DNA of 14,121 bases. It comes from Promethearchaeota archaeon (GTDB taxonomy: Archaea; Asgardarchaeota; Lokiarchaeia; Sigyniarchaeales; SOKP01). Where the stretch lies: NCBI GenBank assembly GCA_013375475.1, contig JABXKD010000057.1:1-14121 (forward strand), given 5' to 3'. The notes below the pieces were generated by a model. That model had not been told where the DNA came from and made no database searches. It saw only the letters and a list, made by a program, of their open reading frames with translations. Each line of letters begins with the position of its first letter. Position 1 is the first letter of the stretch. Both the position numbers and the translations under genes were made by a program. Of the stretch, positions 1-8,352 are shown piece by piece.

Positions 1-48
1 TGGGATCAGTTCTAACCCACATTCTGCTAAGATTACTGTTAATGGCAT
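1..48 (-). CDS. nep1: Nep1/Emg1 rRNA pseudouridine N1-methyltransferase, N-terminal fragment (runs off window)
   Basis: Manual translation from ATG at 48 gives MPLTVILAECGLELIP, matching the archaeal Nep1 start (xxxILAEaeLElvP). It lies next to rnp4. Only 16 codons are visible. Confidence 0.7.
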   Translation of the reverse strand, partial: MPLTVILAECGLELIP

Positions 49-87
49 TTTTAATGGTAGAAAGTTTTCTTATATCTTTTTTAGAAA

Positions 88-417
88 CTACTTTAGTTTA
101 ATAAAATAACGAGTCGTGTGATTACAATCGAGACAAGTAGTTGAAACGTGAGACCCCTTTCCTTTTGAATGAATTCTCGTTCTACTGTTAATTCCGGGAT
201 ATAGTAATCCTTTACAGTTATGACAAATCCGCTTCTTCCAATTTTCTGGAGTCCGAATTTTAGCTCTTTGGGCATATCTTCTCGCTAAATAAGTATATCT
301 ATTACCTAATTCTTTATTGTCGGGGAATATATCGTGTGCTTTTTGAAATAAATAGTTCATTCTTGTATCTGCTATCCTTTTAATGATTGCTTTATTGTTC
401 CGCTTATTTTTTACCAT
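88..417 (-). CDS. rnp4: Ribonuclease P protein component 4 (Rpp21/RPR2 family)
   Basis: IA..RM.YLF N-terminal helix, RY..LARR, KRICHNC...TCLDC zinc ribbon; usual neighbour of yhbY and rps19e. Confidence 0.95.
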   Translation of the reverse strand: MVKNKRNNKAIIKRIADTRMNYLFQKAHDIFPDNKELGNRYTYLARRYAQRAKIRTPENWKKRICHNCKGLLYPGINSRTRIHSKGKGSHVSTTCLDCNHTTRYFIKLK

Positions 418-445
418 TTAGATTATTTCTCATTTAAGTTTAATT

Positions 446-712
446 CTATTTTTTTAGTTCATACACTGAAATTACGATCATTTTTCCTCTAACATCTAAA
501 ACATGAGAATTCGTTGCTTGAGATATTTTTTCAGCAAAACTAGTGATATTTGATTTTGTAGCTACTGATTTTAGTACTTTTATTTTAATTGTTTTATATC
601 TCTTAAGCAACTTTTGCACATGAGTTAAAAAATCATCTGTAAGTCCCTTTTTCCCTAAAATAGCGTGTGGTGAAGATAACTGTACTTTTTTAAACTCGTT
701 TTGATTACTCAT
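446..712 (-). CDS. yhbY: YhbY/CRM-domain RNA-binding protein
   Basis: ILGKKGLT, IKIKVLKS and DVRGKMIVI motifs; 88 aa; context between rnp4 and rps19e. Confidence 0.88.
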   Translation of the reverse strand: MSNQNEFKKVQLSSPHAILGKKGLTDDFLTHVQKLLKRYKTIKIKVLKSVATKSNITSFAEKISQATNSHVLDVRGKMIVISVYELKK

Positions 713-799
713 TGCCCCAAAATACTATTTTTACCAAAAAATTTTTAATCTAATTACTCTTTTTAAATGTATCATATAATATTAAAATTGATTTTGTTT

Positions 800-1219
800 A
801 TGTCGATATTTATAGTTGAACCCGAGAAGCTCATTAATACAGTTGCAGAAAAATTAAGAGAATTTCCTGAAATTAAGCCACCTGAAGGGAGTCAATTTTG
901 GAAGACCGCATTTTTTAAGGAATTAGCTCCAATTGATCATGAAAATTTCTGGTATGTCAGATGCGCTTCAATATTAAGGAAAATAAAGAAATTTGGTCCT
1001 GTAGGAGTCAATAAACTCAGAAAACATTATGGGGGTAAAAACAAAAATGGACCGGGTCGTCATCATAGTGCTAAAGGAAGCGGAAAAATTATCCGGGTAG
1101 CGTTACAACAGTTAGAAAAAGCTAATTTAATTATAAAGCAAGAAAGAGATGGTAGAATTGTTTCTCCAGAAGGAACAAGTCTGCTAGAGCGAACCGCATA
1201 TAATATTACCAGAAAATAA
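800..1219 (+). CDS. rps19e: 30S ribosomal protein S19e
   Basis: IKPPE..FWKT..FKELAP, WYVRCASILRK, GPVGV..LR..YGG, GSGKIIR.ALQQLE. The second ATG (800) is preferred over 767 on family length. Confidence 0.97.
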   Translation: MSIFIVEPEKLINTVAEKLREFPEIKPPEGSQFWKTAFFKELAPIDHENFWYVRCASILRKIKKFGPVGVNKLRKHYGGKNKNGPGRHHSAKGSGKIIRVALQQLEKANLIIKQERDGRIVSPEGTSLLERTAYNITRK

Positions 1220-1251
1220 ATTAAAAATTATAATATCTAAGGTTTTCAACT

Positions 1252-1590
1252 TTGAGTGATGAAGAAGAATTAGAAAACATCAGAAGAAGAAAACTAGAGC
1301 AATTACAACAACAAGCAGTCCAACAACAAATAGCTGGACAGCAGCAAAAGGAGTATGACAACCAAAAATATCAAGTAATGAGACAGATATTAAGCCAGGA
1401 AGGACGACAGCGATTAGAAAATATAAGAATAGTTAAACCTCAATTCGCAGAACAAATCGAGCTACAATTAATACAACTGTTTCAATCAGGAAGATTACGA
1501 GGAGCTACTCCGTTACCCGATAAAGAATTTAAAAAGATTTTAGAAAAAATAACTGCAGGAAGCAAAAAAGAATTTAATATTAAAAAATAA
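1252..1590 (+). CDS. PDCD5-like double-stranded DNA-binding protein
   Basis: ELE.IRRRKLEQLQ, RQIL..EGR.RL.NIR.VKP.FA..IE.QLIQL; TTG start; canonical position after rps19e. Confidence 0.93.
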   Translation: MSDEEELENIRRRKLEQLQQQAVQQQIAGQQQKEYDNQKYQVMRQILSQEGRQRLENIRIVKPQFAEQIELQLIQLFQSGRLRGATPLPDKEFKKILEKITAGSKKEFNIKK

Positions 1591-1605
1591 ACTCGGTGTA
1601 TTAAA

Positions 1606-1767
1606 ATGGCGCGCAATAAAGATTTACCCTCAAAATTAAGGAGGGCTAAAAGTATGAAACAAAGTCGTTCAGTCCCTAATTGGGTTGTAAGGAGAACTGG
1701 TGGAAAAGTGAAGTCCAGTCCTAATTCTAGAAGAGAATGGCGTAATTCAAGATTAAAGAGAGATTAA
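1606..1767 (+). CDS. rpl39e: 50S ribosomal protein L39e (53 aa, absent from ORF track)
   Basis: Manual translation MARNKDLPSKLRRAKSMKQSRSVPNWVVRRTGGKVKSSPNSRREWRNSRLKRD*; VP.WV..RT and RR.WR...LK motifs; canonical position before rpl31e. Confidence 0.95.
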   Translation: MARNKDLPSKLRRAKSMKQSRSVPNWVVRRTGGKVKSSPNSRREWRNSRLKRD

Positions 1768-1787
1768 ACTTATAAAACTGATGTAAT

Positions 1788-2243
1788 ATGGCAAAGAAGA
1801 AATCAAAAGAAATAAACTTGGATGATTTAGAAGAGGAACTAGTTGAAACTGAAGTCCCTGAAGAAGAAGATATCGAAGAAATTGAAGAATTCAGTTTAGA
1901 TGAAATATCTGAAGAAGAAGAAGTTAGCGAAGTTTTCGAAGAAGAACTCGAGGAATTTGAAGAATTAGAGGAAGAAGCCCCCAAAGAAGAAATCATAGAC
2001 GAAAGAATATATGTAATACCTCTCGCAAAAGCAAGACGAGGTCCACGTAATAAATGGGCAAAAAAAGGAGTTAGATACCTTAGAGAATTTATGCAGCAAC
2101 ATTTCAAACCAGAATCTTTAGTTATCTCGCAAGAAGTTAATGAAGCAATATGGGCTCGTGGAATTCAAAAACCACCAAGAAAAATCAAAATAAGGGCGAC
2201 GAAGAATATTGATGGCCTTGTTGTTTGCTATTTAGCAGAATAA
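1788..2243 (+). CDS. rpl31e: 50S ribosomal protein L31e with long acidic N-terminal extension
   Basis: C-terminal part has ERIYVIPL, PR.K.A.K.V..LREF, ISQEVNE.IW.RGIQKPPRKI.I; about the first 70 aa are Glu/Asp-rich. Confidence 0.95.
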   Translation: MAKKKSKEINLDDLEEELVETEVPEEEDIEEIEEFSLDEISEEEEVSEVFEEELEEFEELEEEAPKEEIIDERIYVIPLAKARRGPRNKWAKKGVRYLREFMQQHFKPESLVISQEVNEAIWARGIQKPPRKIKIRATKNIDGLVVCYLAE

Positions 2244-2374
2244 ATCAATATGCTCATTAACCTTCATTTTAAAAATTAAAAAATTACTCTAGTCATTTAG
2301 TTTTAAAAGTTACACCTTTTACTTTATCTTAAAAATTTATGTCAATCTAAATCATATTTAGAAGGTGATAAACT

Positions 2375-2611
2375 ATGGCAGATTTGTCGTTAATAAAATT
2401 CTACATTTCATCAGATCTAAAAACAATGGATAAAGAAGAAGCTAAGAAAAAAGTAATTGAGAAAGGGGGCATTATAAGAGAAGAGGTTTCTCCTGATTTA
2501 TGGTATTTAGTTACAAATGATGCTAAGGGTGAATCTAAAAATTACAATAAAGCGCGGAAGCTTGGAGTAAATTTCATTGATGAAATTGAATTTCTAAACA
2601 TGTTAAAATAA
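2375..2611 (+). CDS. Stand-alone BRCT-domain protein (LigA/RFC1-type BRCT)
   Basis: EEAK..V.E.GG....VS....YLV......K..KA..LGV..IDE.EFL.ML pattern; SD-like GGTGA 6 nt before the ATG. Confidence 0.8.
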   Translation: MADLSLIKFYISSDLKTMDKEEAKKKVIEKGGIIREEVSPDLWYLVTNDAKGESKNYNKARKLGVNFIDEIEFLNMLK

Positions 2612-2625
2612 TAATAAAAAAAAGA

Positions 2626-2937
2626 TTAAAAAAATGCATGAGTGTTGTCCATATTTACTAATCTTGGCAAAATTATGCTTGAATTGTATAATGGACCAAT
2701 AAGAAGAGTATTGTTCGCAATGTTAAAATTTAAATAATCTCGTGCTAGTGGTGCTCCCGTATTAGGATTTTTAGCAAAACGTGGATAATTAGAGCTTGAA
2801 ATAGCTACTCTTATTTTGTGACCCGCAGCAAATGAATAAGCTGTTGACCAACAATCTATTAATAGCTCATAAATATCATTTTGATTTCCAGACATAAATA
2901 CTTCTGAAGTGTAATTATATCTATATCTAACAGTTAT
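2626..2937 (-). pseudogene. C-terminal remnant of a CocE/NonD (peptidase S15-type) hydrolase
   Basis: YEL.ID.WSTAY.F.AGH.IR.AISSSNYPRF..NPNTG motif. The frame extends upstream of ATG 2895 as ITVRYRYNYTSEVF (similar to the family R.RYR segment) to a TGA at 2938-2940. The catalytic alpha/beta-hydrolase domain is absent. Confidence 0.78.
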
Positions 2938-3125
2938 TCAATTTATCATAGATAATAATTGAGTTAACTTTGTTAATAAAGGTTAACTACGAATTTAGAT
3001 AGAAGTGTGCTAATAACGAAATTAGTAATAACTAATAATAGGTTCATTTAACCTACGCATTTTTAATAAAATATTTATGGTTTAGAACTCTATCCATCAT
3101 ATAATAATTTTCTTAGTTTTATTAT

Positions 3126-3806
3126 ATGACGATTTTAAAGTACCAGATATTCGGAAAGAACTCAGTAGGCGTTTACTTAACAGTTAACAATTCATTTGGT
3201 TTATATCCATCCGTATTACTTAAACCAGCTGTTGAAAAAATTAAAAGTATATTCAAAGAGCCCTTATATCCCATTTCGATTAATAATTCCAATTTAATTG
3301 GGGTGTATACCGCAAGTAATAAATATGGAATGATTGTTCCGCATCTAATTAGAGATGACGAACTTCAACAATTAAAAATATACTCAAAAGAATTAAATAG
3401 CGATTATCAAATCAGGGTTCTGGACTCATTGGATAACGCTTTTGGAAATTTGATATTATGTAACGATAAAGGGGCTATTATATCTTCTTTTTTAAAGGAT
3501 CATAAAGATTTCATTGAAGATACTTTAAAAGTTGAAACAGTTGTCTATAAATTTGTAGATCATAATCTTCCGGGATCGATTTCAGTTACAAACAATAACG
3601 GTTGTCTAGTGCATCCTTTAACAACTGACGAAGAGATTGAGATAATTTCAGATATTTTAAAAGTAGAGGAAATTGATGTATCAACAGTTAATAGAGGAAT
3701 TCCGTACCTCTCTTCAGGAGTAGTGGTTAATGATCAGAGCGGCATATTTGGAAATAATTGTACCGGTCCTGAGATGATGCGTTTAACTAATGTATTGAGG
3801 TTATAG
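3126..3806 (+). CDS. eif6: Translation initiation factor 6 (aIF6/eIF6)
   Basis: VGVY..N, LIG.Y...N..G, NA.GNLIL.ND.GA, N..G.LVHP, STVNRG...SG...ND, TGPE motifs. Confidence 0.96.
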   Translation: MTILKYQIFGKNSVGVYLTVNNSFGLYPSVLLKPAVEKIKSIFKEPLYPISINNSNLIGVYTASNKYGMIVPHLIRDDELQQLKIYSKELNSDYQIRVLDSLDNAFGNLILCNDKGAIISSFLKDHKDFIEDTLKVETVVYKFVDHNLPGSISVTNNNGCLVHPLTTDEEIEIISDILKVEEIDVSTVNRGIPYLSSGVVVNDQSGIFGNNCTGPEMMRLTNVLRL

Positions 3807-3913
3807 AGTTTATATCTTTAGCGTTGTATTATTGTCCAATAAAAAAGCAAAATTTAATATTTTTAAAATAATTATCAATTTTAACTAAGTGGATTCTCAG
3901 GAATTGAAAACTT

Positions 3914-4141
3914 ATGTCAGAGATTAAAATTTATCGGATTATCGGGACTTATAGAAAGAAGTACAAAAAATATTTATTTCGGAAAGAAGTTCGAGCTTTA
4001 AAAGAGAAAGATGCTTTAGAAAAAGCGTTGAGTCAGATTACAAGCATAGGTATTCTTAGAAGGCAAATAACTATTCAAGAAATAAAAGAAATAACTCCGG
4101 AAGAGAGTCAAGATTATTTGATTAGAGAGTTATCTAATTAG
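3914..4141 (+). CDS. rpl18a: 50S ribosomal protein L18Ae/LX (eL20)
   Basis: KIYRI.G, F.KEVRAL...ALEK, R.QI.I.EI.EI..EE; canonical position between eif6 and pfdA. Confidence 0.9.
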   Translation: MSEIKIYRIIGTYRKKYKKYLFRKEVRALKEKDALEKALSQITSIGILRRQITIQEIKEITPEESQDYLIRELSN

Positions 4142-4170
4142 AAAACTATTTACAACAAATATTGATTAAT

Positions 4171-4587
4171 ATGGAAAATAACCCAGATTTAGAACAACAA
4201 TTAAGCCAATATCGGTATATTAAAGAACAGAGAGAAATGTTTCAGGGTCAATTTGAAATAATAAACGCCTCTCTTGGGAATTTATACACAACGAAGCTAA
4301 CTTTAGATAATCTTAAAGAAGGTGTCAACGAAAATGATGAAATTCTGGTCCCAATTGGCGGTCTGACTAGCATTAAAGCAACAATTAAGGACACAAAAAA
4401 AGTTCTTGTATATGTAAAAAATGACACGATAATCGAAAAAACCGTTGAAGAAGCCATTGAATTCATTTCAAAGCTTATTGACCAACATAATACACAGTTA
4501 AAATTTCTCCAAGAGAGAATTTTTAATTTAGATTTAAATCTTCAAAGCATGAATCAAATGCTTCAAAGTAGAATGACTCAAAAATAA
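4171..4587 (+). CDS. pfdA: Prefoldin alpha subunit
   Basis: Coiled coils flanking EILVPIGG...I.A.I....KVLV....IEKTVEEAI. ATG 4171 is preferred over TTG 4162. Confidence 0.93.
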   Translation: MENNPDLEQQLSQYRYIKEQREMFQGQFEIINASLGNLYTTKLTLDNLKEGVNENDEILVPIGGLTSIKATIKDTKKVLVYVKNDTIIEKTVEEAIEFISKLIDQHNTQLKFLQERIFNLDLNLQSMNQMLQSRMTQK

Positions 4588-4640
4588 TTAAAACACTTTT
4601 TTTAAGATATAATTGATTTTCACTTTAAGTGGTTAAATGA

Positions 4641-5543
4641 ATGAAGAAATTAAGTAATGTATTCTCTGTTTTCGTTAAAAAAACTTTATCTTCTGAAAAC
4701 CTAGAGGGTGCTTTAAATGAATTGAATTTACTATTGATAGGAAATGATGTGGCTGCTGAAACAGCTGATATTCTGTGTCAAAACATCAGAGTATCTCTTA
4801 AAGGTGAACAGATAAGTAGACTAACATCAAAAAGTAAATTTCTTTTCGGAATTTTAAAAGATGTGATTACGGAAATTTTAACGCCAGAGAGAAACATTGA
4901 TTTATTAGAAGAAATTAGAAAGAAGAACAAAACTGATAGTCCATATATAATATGTTTTCTAGGGGTTAACGGAACGGGCAAAACTACCACAATTGCTAAA
5001 ATCGCACATTATCTAAAAAAGAATAATATTTCTTCTGTAGCTGCGGCTGCAGATACATTTCGAGCTGCAGCAATCGAACAGCTATCATATCACATGCAAA
5101 ACGTTGGAATTAAAGTTATCAAGCACGAATATAAATCAGATCCCGCGAGTGTTGCCTACGATGCTGTGCAACATGCAAAAGCAAAAAATATTAATGTCGT
5201 ATTGGTGGATACAGCTGGGAGACAAGTAAGTAATAAAAATTTGATGAGAGAAATGCAAAAGATTGTAAGGGTGGCTGAACCTGATTTAACATTGTTCGTT
5301 GGGGATAGTTTAGCAGGAAACGATGCTTTGACACAAGCTAAGGAGTTCAATAATGAAATTGGAATCGACGCAAATATCCTTACCAAATTTGATGCTGATG
5401 CCAAGGGAGGGGCTGCATTATCAATATCTTACGAAACTAAAAAACCAATTCTTTTTGTAGGAATAGGACAAGGCTACGACGATATAGAACCGTTCAACAG
5501 AGAGTTATTCATATCAAACATTCTTGACCTTAGAGAAGAATAG
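4641..5543 (+). CDS. ftsY: SRP receptor FtsY (NG domain only)
   Basis: GVNGTGKTTT, DTFRAAAIEQL, DTAGR, TKFDADAKGG and GIGQ.YDD motifs. Confidence 0.97.
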   Translation: MKKLSNVFSVFVKKTLSSENLEGALNELNLLLIGNDVAAETADILCQNIRVSLKGEQISRLTSKSKFLFGILKDVITEILTPERNIDLLEEIRKKNKTDSPYIICFLGVNGTGKTTTIAKIAHYLKKNNISSVAAAADTFRAAAIEQLSYHMQNVGIKVIKHEYKSDPASVAYDAVQHAKAKNINVVLVDTAGRQVSNKNLMREMQKIVRVAEPDLTLFVGDSLAGNDALTQAKEFNNEIGIDANILTKFDADAKGGAALSISYETKKPILFVGIGQGYDDIEPFNRELFISNILDLREE

Positions 5544-5600
5544 AGAAAAAAAATTCCATTGAACAGTTAAATTTTTTAAATATTTATTTTTAATTTAATT

Positions 5601-5852
5601 GTGTCAGATAATTACCCCGGATATGATAAATATACAAAATACGATAAAGGTAAGAAATTATCCTTTTACGAGCGTATGGGTGTCTTTTTTCAAAATGCCA
5701 GAAGAATAATGAAAATAGCGAATAAACCAGGAAGAAAAGATTATTTACTAGTATTCAAGATATGCGCAATTGGAATTTTAGTATTGGGAGTTTTATCCTA
5801 TGTTATACAGTTAATTTGGACTCTAGTTAATGATTTTCTGGGAATTCGTTAG
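5601..5852 (+). CDS. secE: Protein translocase subunit SecE/Sec61-gamma
   Basis: RIMKIA.KP....Y..V.KI..IG...LG...YVI with a single C-terminal hydrophobic segment; follows ftsY. The GTG start is uncertain. Confidence 0.9.
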   Translation: MSDNYPGYDKYTKYDKGKKLSFYERMGVFFQNARRIMKIANKPGRKDYLLVFKICAIGILVLGVLSYVIQLIWTLVNDFLGIR

Positions 5853-5912
5853 AGCTCTTAATTTTGTTTTGTTTTTATTAAAAAGACAAATTGGTCTTAT
5901 CGTTGGTTTGTA

Positions 5913-6362
5913 ATGAAAGTTTTATTAGATTACACTAAAAATCTTCATTTTAAAGCTTCTGCAAGAAACTTTAGAGATTTGAATGTCGACGAACCTGTTT
6001 CATTTCACGGGACAGATCTCGGTCCAAGTGCAGTGGAGTATTTATTAATTGGAATTGGAGGTTGTTTAGGTACAACTTTCCTATTCTGTCTACAGAAGAA
6101 AAAAATAGAGCTTGAATCACTTAATGTAATAGTAGATGGAGAGTTATCTCATACAGGTCCGAAAATGCATCTAAGGTTAGTAAATGTAAATGTCGATTTG
6201 AATTTTATACCGAAGAATGATAGTTCTGATAAGGAGATTGATAAATGTATGAAAGAATTTTTGGAACATTGTATTATTACAAATTCGATTACGATGGGTC
6301 TACCGATTAGCGTTAATTGTACAAAAGAAACAAAAAAAAAAGTAGATAAAAAATTTGTTTAA
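5913..6362 (+). CDS. OsmC/Ohr-like family protein
   Basis: DEP...GTD.GPS.VEYLL..IGGC and C.I.NSI two-cysteine signature. Confidence 0.88.
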   Translation: MKVLLDYTKNLHFKASARNFRDLNVDEPVSFHGTDLGPSAVEYLLIGIGGCLGTTFLFCLQKKKIELESLNVIVDGELSHTGPKMHLRLVNVNVDLNFIPKNDSSDKEIDKCMKEFLEHCIITNSITMGLPISVNCTKETKKKVDKKFV

Positions 6363-6375
6363 AAAAGCATCCACT

Positions 6376-7557
6376 TTAGAAGAAAAAAGTTGTGATCTCT
6401 GACGGAACTCTAAGTTCTTCTTCCTTGTTTTTACAAGCTATAAATTTGATTTTCATTGGCATTAAAAGGGTAATTAATCGTTTGGTCAAAATTCCATCGA
6501 TTATGAGAAACTGTGTATCCTTGTATTCTTTAATTTTTTCAAAGATTTCTCCAACGGGGATTTCGAATAGTTTCTCTAAACTCTTATTAAATCCTATACT
6601 ATGCCCGGGTTCTATTTTTTCAAGGCTTTCCTTTATTGTAGATTGATTTTTGACTTTTAACCTCTTCATAAGTTTTTGGAATAAGTCATCTTTGCCCGAA
6701 ACTGCTTTTTTAACCTTAGTAATAGGACTGTGTTTGGCTCTTGCAGGTTTTTTATTTTGGAGAGCTTTAATCAACTGCTTTCGAGTAAGTTCTTCCACTT
6801 CTGAACCTTCAGGTGCTCGAGCGATGTAATCGAGTTTTGCTACCTGTATTAACTCGTTCAAAATAATCGTACCTCCTCTATCTCCGTCTAAAAAGGCTAT
6901 AACTGATTTTTTTTTTTTTATTAATTGGATAACTGATTTTGGTACTTGAGTGCCCTGAACTGCTACAGTGTTTTTAACTCCTATTCGTAACAAATTTAGA
7001 ACATCCGCTCGACCTTCAACAATTATTAATTCGGAGCTAGATTCAACCTCCGGACCTGCAGGTAAGTTTTCTGGGCCCCAAGAAGTTATTTCTCCAAGTT
7101 TGATGTCTGTATCCATTTGTTCTTCTATTTCACTAGGTTCTAAAGAATTCTGATCCCAATTTTTTAATAATTCCGCGGCGCGCTCAATTATTTTTTTACG
7201 TTTAGTTTGTCTAACATCTCGAATATCCAATAATTTGATTTCAGCCTCACACGGACCCACGCGAGAAACAGTTTCAACAGTTGCAGCCAACAGAGCAGTC
7301 TCTCTACGAGTTAAGCTAGAAGGGATCTTAATGATTCCTTCGGAAACTCCTTCCTTGGATTCATTATCAACCTCAATTCGACCGATTCTTCCAGATTTTT
7401 GAAGATCCCTTAAATCTAAATCTAAGAGAAGCCCCTCTGTTTGTCCAAAAACTGCTCCAACTATGTCTGATTTCTCGACGACGCCTTTTATTTTAAATTT
7501 TACTTCGATAACATATTTAGTAGTAAAATCTACATTATTTGTGGTAATTTTAATCAC
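6376..7557 (-). CDS. dnaG: Archaeal DnaG (TOPRIM; exosome-associated)
   Basis: KY.I...F...GVVEK.DIVGA.FGQTEGL, LQK.GRIGRI, IIVEGRADV.NL, AFLDGDRGG. Start is uncertain: TTG 7599, GTG 7557 or ATT 7548. Confidence 0.96.
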   Translation of the reverse strand: MIKITTNNVDFTTKYVIEVKFKIKGVVEKSDIVGAVFGQTEGLLLDLDLRDLQKSGRIGRIEVDNESKEGVSEGIIKIPSSLTRRETALLAATVETVSRVGPCEAEIKLLDIRDVRQTKRKKIIERAAELLKNWDQNSLEPSEIEEQMDTDIKLGEITSWGPENLPAGPEVESSSELIIVEGRADVLNLLRIGVKNTVAVQGTQVPKSVIQLIKKKKSVIAFLDGDRGGTIILNELIQVAKLDYIARAPEGSEVEELTRKQLIKALQNKKPARAKHSPITKVKKAVSGKDDLFQKLMKRLKVKNQSTIKESLEKIEPGHSIGFNKSLEKLFEIPVGEIFEKIKEYKDTQFLIIDGILTKRLITLLMPMKIKFIACKNKEEELRVPSEITTFFF

Positions 7558-8041
7558 TCCCTTTTTCAATTTACTCTTTGTATTTATCAATAAATCCAAA
7601 ATTAATTATAAACTTATAAAAAGAAGTAAAATCTAATTGTTAGATAGTATTTAATGTCAAATTGCTTATTTCTAATTAATATTTTGAAAGTTTTATCTTT
7701 TGAGATAATTTTATTTATCTTTATTAAGCTTGATTTATGAATCTACTTCCAGTATTTCGTTATAAGTTTGGATAATTATTTTAGTTTAATAATTTGATTT
7801 ATTTTTTTTAATGATTGATTAATTTTTTTTATTATTTCATTTAATTGATGATTAATTTTGAAAATCTTACTTATTCGATTAAAATTTTTAATATATTAAT
7901 ATGAAGTGTAAATTTGATTAGTAAATCTATAAATAATCAACATTTATTTGATGATTATTTTAAAAAAATTATTTATTAAATTTATCTTTTGCTAATTTAA
8001 GGGATGCAATTAGAATTGACCTTTATGGTTATAATATCTCC

Positions 8042-8263
8042 ATGAAATGGGATTTTTTTAAGTTAAAATACAATTATGTATGCATGAGTATTTATTGGAA
8101 CAATAAATTATTGAAAAGACTTTCAACAAACACAAAAAGAAAATTCAAGTGTAGAATCAATACTAATATTGGTAGATTTTATTTTTATTTCGAAGAAAAT
8201 GAGAAATCTGAGCAACCTTCTATTTCGGGAAGGTTAGTTTTTTTTCCAAAAAATATTAAGTAA
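8042..8263 (+). CDS. Small hypothetical protein (possible start at the second Met)
   Basis: 73-codon open frame in AT-rich DNA, co-oriented with the downstream ATPase; no recognised motif. Confidence 0.3.
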   Translation: MKWDFFKLKYNYVCMSIYWNNKLLKRLSTNTKRKFKCRINTNIGRFYFYFEENEKSEQPSISGRLVFFPKNIK

Positions 8264-8352
8264 ATTAATGTCGAATTATTAAAATTCTTGAATTTACTTT
8301 ATATAATTATTATTAATAGTTATGATATTAGTTCTGATTTTAAAGGTACTCA

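Noticed and set aside
1300-1350. CAA/CAG-rich Gln tract in the PDCD5-like gene
   Set aside because: Gln-rich linkers are ordinary in this family.
1727-2107. 126-aa Ser-rich minus-strand ORF
   Set aside because: Antisense shadow of the GAA-rich rpl31e extension.
2938-2949. In-frame TGA upstream of the CocE remnant as possible selenocysteine (M-I-N-TGA)
   Set aside because: Not at a Cys/redox position, family similarity stops there, and no SECIS-like element was recognised.
7846-7954. TGATGA hexamers resembling C/D sRNA C boxes
   Set aside because: No CTGA D box at a suitable distance, and the AT-rich context makes chance matches likely.
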